From contig JANNWY010000326.1 in assembly GCA_031409335.1 (NCBI GenBank), positions 1 through 22,587 on the forward strand: 22,587 bases of DNA, in the 5' to 3' direction. Positions 1 to 6,917 of this stretch are shown piece after piece. Position 1 is the first letter of the stretch, and the number at the start of each line of letters is the position of its first letter. Made by a program: the position numbers and the translations under genes. This DNA is from Chthoniobacteraceae bacterium. Lineage in GTDB: Bacteria; Verrucomicrobiota; Verrucomicrobiia; Chthoniobacterales; Chthoniobacteraceae. A model generated the notes under the pieces. The model had not been told where the DNA came from. It saw nothing but the letters and a program-made list of their open reading frames with translations, and ran no database searches.

Positions 1-141
1 GAACTGGAAGTCCGCCGCCAACCAATTCGCCAACCAATTCGGCCCGCGCTTCTGCCAGGCTGCCTCGTCCACAACGCAGGCTCCCTAGCCAATCCATCAA
101 CACATCAACCCGCCCTTAAACACAAACTTTTGGACAGGTCC
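1..141 (+). mobile_element. Right end of an IS256-family insertion sequence; terminal inverted repeat ~116-141
   Basis: ttaaacacaaacttttggacaggtcc resembles IS256-family right ends (ttacacaxaatt..gacagg.tc). It lies ~30 nt after the transposase stop and exactly where infA similarity begins. The left end is not in the window; the end position is uncertain by 1-2 nt. Confidence 0.65.
2..88 (+). CDS. C-terminal end of an IS256-family (mutator-type) transposase, partial (5' part outside window)
   Basis: The frame from position 2 reads [28 protein letters not shown] (TAG 86-88). This resembles the typical IS256 transposase C-terminus (..W-K-x-A-x-N-Q/R-F-A-x-x-F-G-x-R) and is followed by an IS256-like terminal repeat. 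Confidence 0.7.
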   Translation, partial: NWKSAANQFANQFGPRFCQAASSTTQAP

Positions 142-333
142 GCAGGCGAGGCTGGCGAACCAATCCCAAATATGATGTTTCACGTTCCACTTCCCAATGG
201 CCACCGGGTATCCGCGCACGACTCGGAAAAAATGCGATTAGGCTTCATTCGGACGTTGCCAGGTGACGAAGTTCTGCTAAACAAGCTGCCCTACGAACTG
301 ACAAAGGGACGAATTACCTTCCGGCAGCAGTAG
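142..333 (+). pseudogene. infA: Translation initiation factor IF-1 remnant, 5'-truncated by the IS and degenerate
   Basis: [59 protein letters not shown] aligns with IF-1 (LPNxMFRVxLxNGHxxLAHISGKMR..IRILPGDxVxVExSPYDLTKGRIxYR). It sits in the canonical position before rpmJ-rpsM. About 10 N-terminal residues are missing and many conserved residues are altered. Confidence 0.8.
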
Positions 334-344
334 GACATTTGATG

Positions 345-384
345 AAATCGCACTGGGGCGACCCCGTTCCCAGCGCGATTTTTT
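345..384 (+). terminator. Hairpin with T-tract after infA (terminator-like)
   Basis: Stem aaatcgcactggg / cccagcgcgattt, continuing into a run of T (379-384). Confidence 0.45.
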
Positions 385-422
385 GTCCTCTCGAACCAAC
401 CTTTTTTAACTAAACCGACCCA

Positions 423-536
423 ATGAAAGTAAGAGCATCCGTCAAACGCCTTTGCGAGAGCTGCCGCATCGTAAAGCGCAAAAACGTAGTGCGCGTCATC
501 TGCAAGAATGCGCGCCACAAGCAGCGGCAAGGCTGA
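423..536 (+). CDS. rpmJ: 50S ribosomal protein L36 (Zn-ribbon, C+ form); below the ORF-track size cut-off
   Basis: ATG 423 to TGA 536 reads [37 protein letters not shown] (37 aa), with CxxC..C..H and the HKQRQG terminus; lies between infA and rpsM. Confidence 0.97.
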   Translation: MKVRASVKRLCESCRIVKRKNVVRVICKNARHKQRQG

Positions 537-542
537 GGAAGA

Positions 543-645
543 ATTTATGATTTCTGATTTAGGATTTCTGCCCTGCGTGAAATCCAGCCAAATCGGGAGT
601 CGCTTTCCAAAAATCCTAATTCTTAAATCCTAAATCCCAAATCCC
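543..645. repeat. Inverted pair of heptamer tandem-repeat tracts between rpmJ and rpsM
   Basis: atttatg-atttctg-atttagg-atttctg (543-570) and aaatcct-aattctt-aaatcct-aaatccc-aaatccc (611-645). The two tracts are approximately reverse-complementary (gatttagg / cctaaatc). Confidence 0.8.
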
Positions 646-653
646 AACCCACC

Positions 654-1052
654 ATGCCACGACTACTAGGAGTTGAAATCCCGGGCGACAAACGCATCGA
701 CGCGTCGCTTCCATACATTTACGGGATCGGCCCGAGCACCGCGAAAAAGATCCTCGAACAGGCAAACGTCGAACCGAACGTGCGCGCGAAAGATCTTACG
801 CCCGAGCAACTCAATCACATCATTCACGCGATCACAGCAAGCAAGCTTTCCATCGAAGGCGATCTGCGCCGGGAGATTCAGGCGAATCTGAAGCGATTGC
901 AGGCCATCAACTGCTACCGTGGCATTCGCCATCGGCGCGGCCTTCCAGTCCGCGGGCAGCGCACTTCCACAAATGCCCGAACCCGCAAGGGTCCGCGGAA
1001 GACCGTCGGCGTGCAGCGCGCGAAGGACGCAGCGAAACCGGCCGGTAAATAA
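654..1052 (+). CDS. rpsM: 30S ribosomal protein S13
   Basis: [54 protein letters not shown], the S13 signature. Confidence 0.98.
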   Translation: MPRLLGVEIPGDKRIDASLPYIYGIGPSTAKKILEQANVEPNVRAKDLTPEQLNHIIHAITASKLSIEGDLRREIQANLKRLQAINCYRGIRHRRGLPVRGQRTSTNARTRKGPRKTVGVQRAKDAAKPAGK

Positions 1053-1075
1053 ATCCGGCAGCAACTCCAATCCAT

Positions 1076-1702
1076 ATGCCAGAATCCAAGAAACCCAAAG
1101 CATCGGAAGCCGAAGCCGATGCACCTGCCGCCGATGCACCTGCCGCTGAGGCACCTGCCGCTGAGGCAGTGCCAACTCCGCAGCCAGTTCAGGCCGTCGC
1201 AGTCGAGGCACCTGTGAAGGCACCGAAAGCCAAGCCTTCCAAGAAAAAGGAGGCCGCCGCAGCCGCTGCTGAACCCAAAAAGGAGGAGAATCTCTCCCTC
1301 GATCCGAATGCGGTCGTCGAGCAGATCAAGATCGTCAAGGCAAAGGGCAGCAAGAATATCCACACGGGCATTGCCCATGTGCTCGCGTCCTTCAACAACA
1401 CGATCGTCAGCATCACCGACCAGGTCGGGCATGTGATCGGCTGGTCGAGTGCGGGCAAGGTCGGGTTCAAGGGCTCGCGCAAAAGCACTGCATACGCGGC
1501 GCAGATGGTGGCGCAGGATGCCTGCCGTCAGGCGATGGGTCACGGCTTGAAGGAAGTCGAAGTGCGGGTCAAGGGTCCGGGAGCTGGGCGTGAGTCAGCG
1601 GTTCGCGCGATTCAGGCCGTCGGTCTCGAAATCACGGTGATCCGCGATGTCACACCGGTGCCGCACAACGGCTGTCGTCCGCCAAAACAACGCCGCGTTT
1701 AA
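1076..1702 (+). CDS. rpsK: 30S ribosomal protein S11 with a long Ala/Pro/Glu/Lys-rich N-terminal extension
   Basis: [60 protein letters not shown]. The ATG at 1076 is the only in-frame ATG before the S11 core and lies 23 nt after rpsM. Confidence 0.96.
   Translation: MPESKKPKASEAEADAPAADAPAAEAPAAEAVPTPQPVQAVAVEAPVKAPKAKPSKKKEAAAAAAEPKKEENLSLDPNAVVEQIKIVKAKGSKNIHTGIAHVLASFNNTIVSITDQVGHVIGWSSAGKVGFKGSRKSTAYAAQMVAQDACRQAMGHGLKEVEVRVKGPGAGRESAVRAIQAVGLEITVIRDVTPVPHNGCRPPKQRRV
1115..1168 (+). repeat. 15-nt coding tandem repeat ([10 protein letters not shown], ~3.6 copies) in the rpsK extension
   Basis: gccgatgcacctgcc gccgatgcacctgcc gctgaggcacctgcc gctgaggca. Confidence 0.9.
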
Positions 1703-1740
1703 TCCGGCTCATCGAGAACACGAACAAGAAATAGAAAGTC

Positions 1741-2352
1741 ATGGCACGTTATACCGGTCCAAAGGACAAAATCAGCCGCCGCTTCGGAATCCCGATTTTC
1801 GGGCCAACCAAGACGCTCGAACATAAGAACTATCCTCCCGGCATGCACGGGCCAAAGGGCTCGCGTCGGAAGCAATCGGATTATTCCGTTGCCCTCGCGG
1901 AAAAGCAGAAGCTCCGCTATCAATACGGCATCCTCGAGCGCCAATTCCGCCGCTACTTCAAAACGGCGCTCACCCGCCGCGGCGTCACTGGCGAAATCCT
2001 CCTTCAGCTTCTCGAAACCCGGCTCGACAACGTCGTTTTCCGGCTCGGGTTCGCGAATTCTCGCAGTGCCGCGCGCCAGATGGTTTCACACGGCCACGTG
2101 CAGGTGAATGCCCGCAAGGTCGATATCTCCTCTTACAATGTGAAGCCAGGCGACAGCATCACGGTCAAGGACAAGCCCGGTTCGCGCAGCCTTGCCGCGC
2201 GCAATCTCGACCTGACGCAAATCTCGCCAGTCCCCGAGTGGCTCACGTTGAACAAGGATCAATTCAGCGGCGTCGTCTCCCGCGTGCCATCGCGCGATGA
2301 GATTGCGCCGATCGTCAACGAACAGTTGATCGTCGAGCTCTACTCGCGATAG
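1741..2352 (+). CDS. rpsD: 30S ribosomal protein S4 (Cys-free, non-Zn form)
   Basis: MARYTGP..SRR..PPGMHG..SDY..EKQK..LETRLDNVVFRLGF..ARQMVSHGH..NEQLIVELYSR. Confidence 0.98.
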   Translation: MARYTGPKDKISRRFGIPIFGPTKTLEHKNYPPGMHGPKGSRRKQSDYSVALAEKQKLRYQYGILERQFRRYFKTALTRRGVTGEILLQLLETRLDNVVFRLGFANSRSAARQMVSHGHVQVNARKVDISSYNVKPGDSITVKDKPGSRSLAARNLDLTQISPVPEWLTLNKDQFSGVVSRVPSRDEIAPIVNEQLIVELYSR

Positions 2353-2379
2353 CCGTCGTTCGGTCCGTGGTTATTTTGT

Positions 2380-2420
2380 GGCGCAGATTGCCTGGTGCAG
2401 TCTGCGCCGCTTCCTTTTTG
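2380..2420 (+). terminator. Intrinsic terminator closing the r-protein operon
   Basis: 12-bp stem ggcgcagattgc / gcagtctgcgcc (one G-U pair), loop ctggt, followed by gcttcctttttg. Confidence 0.6.
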
Positions 2421-2462
2421 TTGGCTGCGCCGGCAAGATCGATCACCCCAAAACATCGCTGG

Positions 2463-3479
2463 GTGAAATCATTCCCGATCATTTTTTCGCTGCTTCTCGC
2501 GGTGGCGCGCGCGGGTGCGGTCGATGCCGCAGCGCTGCGGTCGGCGGCAGAGTATTCCGCGGCCAATCGCGGGACTGTGTTGCTCGTCCAAGAGCGGGGA
2601 AAACGAGTGCTCGCCGACGTTGCCAATGGCGGCTCGCTTTCCGCGATCGGGAAAATTTACTCAGGCACGAAGATGTTTTGGATCTTGGCCGCGCTTGCCG
2701 CGGAGGAAGACGGTATCCTCGGCCTGGATGAGCGGGTGGCGGACACGATCCGTGAATGGGCCGACGGCACGCCGCGCTCGCGGGTGACGATTCGGCAGTT
2801 GCTGAATTTCACGAGCGGAATCGAGCCGAACTTTGCCTTGCATGGCGATGGGATCGGCGATCGAAACGCCCTCGCCCTTTCGACCCGCTTCGGCACCGCG
2901 CCGGGCAGCAGTTTTATCTACGGCCCGGCCGCGCTTCAGGTTTTCCACGAAGTATTCAAGCGCAAGCTGGCAGCGGCTCCCGGCGAGGGGACGACACCCA
3001 CCGCGTTTCTCGAGCGCCGCGTCCTGCGTCCGCTCGGGCTCGGCGCGCAGCGTTACCTCGCGGATCGCAGCGGAAATCCTCTACTCGCAACCGGATTCCG
3101 ATTGGACGCTGGTCGCTGGCTGCGGATCGGGCAGTGCATTTTGCAAAAGGGCACGCCCGTGATTGGCGCGGTGGCATTCGCAAACGCCACCCGCGGCACC
3201 CGCAGCAATCCCGCGTTCGGCATGGCGCTTTGGAATAACCGACTCGCGCCCGGCGGTCGCGAGGTGGACGCGGAAGACATGCTGGAGCAGCCCTGGCAGC
3301 GTCAGCAATGGAGCGGCGCGTGCCTTTCAAAATCCGCTCCTGCCGACCTCCTGGCCTGCATCGGCAGTGGCGGGCAGCGGCTCTATGTCGTGCCGTCGCA
3401 GGAGCTGATCGTCGTTCGGCAGGGACACTTTGGCGGCTTTCAGGACGCCGAGTTTCTCAGGCGGCTCTTCGGACGTTGA
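2463..3479 (+). CDS. Exported serine hydrolase, beta-lactamase class C-like family
   Basis: SxxK motif (YSGTK), TIRQLLNFTSG, F-x-Y (FIYGP), and GSGGQRLYVVPSQELIVVR. The GTG at 2463 gives a signal peptide (MKSFPIIFSLLLAVARA) and avoids the rpsD terminator that the ORF-track start at 2367 overlaps. Confidence 0.85.
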   Translation: MKSFPIIFSLLLAVARAGAVDAAALRSAAEYSAANRGTVLLVQERGKRVLADVANGGSLSAIGKIYSGTKMFWILAALAAEEDGILGLDERVADTIREWADGTPRSRVTIRQLLNFTSGIEPNFALHGDGIGDRNALALSTRFGTAPGSSFIYGPAALQVFHEVFKRKLAAAPGEGTTPTAFLERRVLRPLGLGAQRYLADRSGNPLLATGFRLDAGRWLRIGQCILQKGTPVIGAVAFANATRGTRSNPAFGMALWNNRLAPGGREVDAEDMLEQPWQRQQWSGACLSKSAPADLLACIGSGGQRLYVVPSQELIVVRQGHFGGFQDAEFLRRLFGR

Positions 3480-3498
3480 GGCGGATGCCTCGGATTGC

Positions 3499-4272
3499 TC
3501 AACAGCGTCTTGTGCGGCGGCGGGCCAGCACTGCGACTCCGAGCGCGATCATCGCCACGGCCTGCGGCTCCGGGACTGGTGCGAAGGAGGCAATGCGAGC
3601 GGTTCCGTTGCCGCTCACATCTGCATTCACCGTTGCGTAGGAAGAAACATTCGTCCTCACCACGGCGATCATGCTCGTCTGCCCAGGCTGGACATTTGCC
3701 GGATCGAGTAGGAAGTGCGAGGGCGAGAAATCAAAACCCACACTGCCCAAAGTCCCCTCATCTCGGTCCGCGCTGTGGATCGACTTTGTCCCCACGGCGT
3801 AAGCGCCCGCTCCTCCCGCCGGCCCGGTTGGGAAGTTCGTGACATCCAACCCGGTGAGATCGGTCCGATAGGTTGCCGAGAGCGATAGTCCGGCGAATCC
3901 GCCGATCGTCTTCATGCGGAAGATCTCCGCTCCGGTCCCTGGATCCGTTCCCGTATTCAAGACTTGGTAGTAGAAGTCATATCCGAGTCCGGTATCGACC
4001 ACCATCGAGCGCAGAACGCCTTGAAAGTCTGACGACAAATTGAACAGGCTGTCTTGCGCATCGATCACGATCCCCGCAATCCCCCCAGTTCCGGTGTTTA
4101 GTTGGAGCCCTGGAGTTTCGCTGGTGCCCGGATTCAGTGTCTCGAATGCCGCAAACGCCGGAGCGGACAGGGAAAGGCAGATAACGCCGAAGAAAGCAGT
4201 GGTCCGCAGCCTTTGTGCGAAGGGTTTCGATGCCGGTTGGATGTTCAATCTTGAGTTCGTTGAGACTTTCAT
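3499..4272 (-). CDS. PEP-CTERM sorting-domain exported protein
   Basis: The C-terminus is VPEP + hydrophobic helix (QAVAMIALGVAVLA) + basic tail (RRRTRR). A signal-like segment (FFGVICLSLSAPAFA) lies near the N-terminus, and the body is Gly/Thr/Ser/Asp-rich. Confidence 0.92.
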   Translation of the reverse strand: MKVSTNSRLNIQPASKPFAQRLRTTAFFGVICLSLSAPAFAAFETLNPGTSETPGLQLNTGTGGIAGIVIDAQDSLFNLSSDFQGVLRSMVVDTGLGYDFYYQVLNTGTDPGTGAEIFRMKTIGGFAGLSLSATYRTDLTGLDVTNFPTGPAGGAGAYAVGTKSIHSADRDEGTLGSVGFDFSPSHFLLDPANVQPGQTSMIAVVRTNVSSYATVNADVSGNGTARIASFAPVPEPQAVAMIALGVAVLARRRTRRC

Positions 4273-4337
4273 TGTTTGGGTTGGTTGAGGTCGCTATCTA
4301 TTTGGGATAGTTAGGTTGGAGTTACGGTTCCGACGTG

Positions 4338-4353
4338 AGCATCCGTCATGCCT
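4338..4353 (-). promoter_or_regulatory. Candidate sigma54 (-24/-12) promoter of the PEP-CTERM gene
   Basis: The minus strand reads aGGcatgacggatGCt, an exact GG-N10-GC spacing close to the consensus TGGCAC-N5-TTGC, ~65 nt upstream of the ATG at 4272. Confidence 0.5.
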
Positions 4354-4454
4354 TTTATAATCACCATTTCCACTAGACTCCCGAATTCCGGCTCAATCTG
4401 CCTTGCCTTTGCGCTTTCTTTCACGAGCCCACTGCGCTTTCCTCTGGCGATCAC

Positions 4455-5792
4455 ATGAGCGAATCTACCGCACCAAAGGGCCGCATCCTCATCGGTGAGG
4501 ACGTGACGGAAATAGCGAAGGACATGCGCGAGGCGCTCATCGCCGCGGGCTACGCGTGCGAATTAACCCACGATGGCGAACAATGCCTTCGCAAGGCTCG
4601 CGAGCACCGTCCCGATCTCGTCCTGCTCGATATCATGATGCCAAAGCTGCATGGCATCGAAGTGCTTCGCGCCCTCCGCGCGACGCCGGAGACGAAAGAC
4701 ATCGGCGTCTTTGTGTGCAGCGCGAAAGCCTTCAAATCGGATCGCGAAGATTGCGAGGCGCTGGGTGCCGAAGCGTTCCTCGTGAAACCTTTCGAGATGC
4801 CGGAACTCATCGCGCTCGTCGATTCATACTTTGCCCGCGATACCGCCGTAGAGGTCCGCGGGAGACGATACGCTCGCGAAAGCGGAGAGGTGCCGTTTTG
4901 CCCCGTGCTGGATACATCGCACGGCACCATGAGCCTTTGGGGAACGCGCGGCTCGACGCCGACTCCGGGCGCGCGCTTCCTTCGCCACGGCGGAAATACA
5001 TCGTGCCTTTCCATCGCTCACGAAGGCGAGGTTTTCATCTTCGACGCAGGCTCCGGCATTCGCGATCTCGGTCAGGAATTGATGGGTGGCACCGTGATGA
5101 AGCTCAATCTCTTCGTCACCCACACGCATTGGGATCACATCCAGGGCTTCCCGTTTTTCATGCCGGCGTATTCTCAGGATTTCGAGATCGCCGTGTGGGG
5201 CGCGGAGGGTTTTGGCAAAGACCTCGAATCGATCTTTCGCGGGCAGTTGGATCGCGACTATTTCCCGGTGCAGATGGAGGACATGCAGAGCACGCTGACC
5301 TTTCGGCATCTCACCGAGAATCCCGTCACGATCAACGGCGTGAAAGTGCATTGGGAATACGCCCAGCATCCCGGTGCCACCGTCGGCTACAAGATCGAGA
5401 TCGGCGGGCGAAAAGTCGCGTGGCTACCTGACAATGAATTCCTCCAAGGCTACGTCGGCGCGCCCGAGGATTTGACGCGCGACAATCCCTTCGTCGCGCC
5501 CTACCGGAAGCTCATTGAATTCGTGTCCGACGTGGACGTGCTCATCCACGAAGCGCAGTACACCAACGACGAATACCTCGCGAAAATTGGCTGGGGGCAC
5601 TGCTGCGTCTCGAATGCCTGTTTGCTGATGAAATTTGCCAATGTGAAACGCTGGATCGTCACCCACCACGATCCGAATCACGACGACACATTTCTGGAGC
5701 AAAAGCTCGGCCTCACCCGGCAAATCCTCGAGCGCATTGGGCACTCGATGGAGGTCCAGCATGGCCACGACGGACTGATCGAACTCTTGTGA
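4455..5792 (+). CDS. Response-regulator receiver domain fused to a metallo-beta-lactamase-fold hydrolase (RNase Z/PhnP-like phosphodiesterase group)
   Basis: REC motifs: ILIGED..VLLDIMMPKLHG..SAK..KPF. MBL motifs: GTRGS, GGNTSC, DAGSG, THTHWDH (HxHxDH), HPG, DNE, HEAQY, WGH, THHDP. Confidence 0.9.
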   Translation: MSESTAPKGRILIGEDVTEIAKDMREALIAAGYACELTHDGEQCLRKAREHRPDLVLLDIMMPKLHGIEVLRALRATPETKDIGVFVCSAKAFKSDREDCEALGAEAFLVKPFEMPELIALVDSYFARDTAVEVRGRRYARESGEVPFCPVLDTSHGTMSLWGTRGSTPTPGARFLRHGGNTSCLSIAHEGEVFIFDAGSGIRDLGQELMGGTVMKLNLFVTHTHWDHIQGFPFFMPAYSQDFEIAVWGAEGFGKDLESIFRGQLDRDYFPVQMEDMQSTLTFRHLTENPVTINGVKVHWEYAQHPGATVGYKIEIGGRKVAWLPDNEFLQGYVGAPEDLTRDNPFVAPYRKLIEFVSDVDVLIHEAQYTNDEYLAKIGWGHCCVSNACLLMKFANVKRWIVTHHDPNHDDTFLEQKLGLTRQILERIGHSMEVQHGHDGLIELL

Positions 5793-5829
5793 ATTTTCGT
5801 GAAATGCCATCGCGACAGCCTCTGAATCT

Positions 5830-6912
5830 GTGCCAGAATTCCTCCCCGTGAATCCACCAGAATCCCCCATCGACTCGTTGCGCTCGCTGCGACGCAAACC
5901 CGAAACACGCACCGCACCGCGCGCAGAAGGCGATGTGCCAGCGGGTGAATTCGAGCCGCGATACGTGGACGTGCCGCGCCGCCGCCGCGCCCAGCTCGCC
6001 GCCGAGCGGAATCTCAAATGGGGCCTCGCCGTGCTCCTCCTCGCGCTCGGGCTCATCGGCGCGGCGATCATCGTCTCAGGCCCGCGTGCCCTCGTCCCCA
6101 TCGTCATCTGCCTCGTCACGCTCACCATCCTCTGGGCGATGGCGCGACTCCGCGTTTTCCATCAGCGCAACGGCGTCTTTTTCGCCACCGCCATGGTCTG
6201 CCTGCTCGGCGCCGCGGTGCCCATGGTCGAGCGCGCTTACGTGGAACTCGATCGCATGGCGCACGCCCCGGCGTCCGATTCCGTCGCCGCTCCCGCGCTG
6301 TCCGCGGTCGATCAAAAAGCCGCGCAGCAAAAGACTCCCGAGCCTCCGCCCGTCGCGGCATTCGAGCCGGACGTCGATGTTCCCTCGCTGGTCGAGGCGA
6401 TGAAAATTCCCGAGCCCACCGATCCGAATCTGGATCTCGTGCGCATCGTCGAAAGCACGAAAGTCATGGTTGGCCGGAAACCGTACATGTTGAATTCGGG
6501 CGATATTTTTGTGCTCGAACAAGTCAAGGACGGGCAGGTGTTTTTCCGCGCTAAGGAAATGCGTCTCTTCGTTCCCGAACGCGCCGCGGAATTGATGGCT
6601 GCGGCCCCGGCTGGTCCCGCTGTCGCGACCGACTCCGAATCCGAAATGCCCCGCTCCATCGACCCGCCGCCGCCGGCCCAGGTGCGCGCCTCCGATCGTG
6701 ACATCGACGGTGGAACGACGGCCCGCGCGCAGTCTGAAGCCGTTCGCCGTTTTCCTGCCCTCGGTGAAAAAGGCTCTGTCGAAAACGCGCTGTTCGTCGA
6801 AGAATTTCAAAAGCTAAAGCGCGAACGTCCCGAGTTTTTTGACGACGAAGAATGGCCGCTCTATCTCGCTGAAACCATCGCGAAAGAGCACGGCTGGGCG
6901 CGCCAAAAATAG
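5830..6912 (+). CDS. Hypothetical membrane protein (3 predicted TM segments, Pro/Ala linkers, two soluble domains)
   Basis: Long ORF filling the gap between two + strand genes, with hydrophobic segments WGLAVLLLALGLIGAAIIV, LVPIVICLVTLTILWAM and VFFATAMVCLLGAAVPM. The start codon is uncertain. Confidence 0.75.
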   Translation: MPEFLPVNPPESPIDSLRSLRRKPETRTAPRAEGDVPAGEFEPRYVDVPRRRRAQLAAERNLKWGLAVLLLALGLIGAAIIVSGPRALVPIVICLVTLTILWAMARLRVFHQRNGVFFATAMVCLLGAAVPMVERAYVELDRMAHAPASDSVAAPALSAVDQKAAQQKTPEPPPVAAFEPDVDVPSLVEAMKIPEPTDPNLDLVRIVESTKVMVGRKPYMLNSGDIFVLEQVKDGQVFFRAKEMRLFVPERAAELMAAAPAGPAVATDSESEMPRSIDPPPPAQVRASDRDIDGGTTARAQSEAVRRFPALGEKGSVENALFVEEFQKLKRERPEFFDDEEWPLYLAETIAKEHGWARQK

Positions 6913-6917
6913 ACATC

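Noticed and set aside
17..40. 12-nt tandem duplication gccaaccaattc x2
   Set aside because: Explained by the ANQF-A(I/N)QF pattern of the transposase C-terminus; not an independent element.
129..165. Hybrid outward promoter from the IS256 end
   Set aside because: A TGGACA -35-like hexamer is present at 131-136, but there is no credible -10 at 16-18 nt spacing.
142..333. DGR-type mutagenesis as the cause of infA divergence
   Set aside because: The inferred changes are not adenine-specific (e.g. G>E, I>T), and no template repeat or reverse transcriptase is in the window.
2367..2462. Upstream extension of the first serine hydrolase
   Set aside because: It overlaps the rpsD terminator hairpin; the GTG at 2463 yields a better signal peptide.
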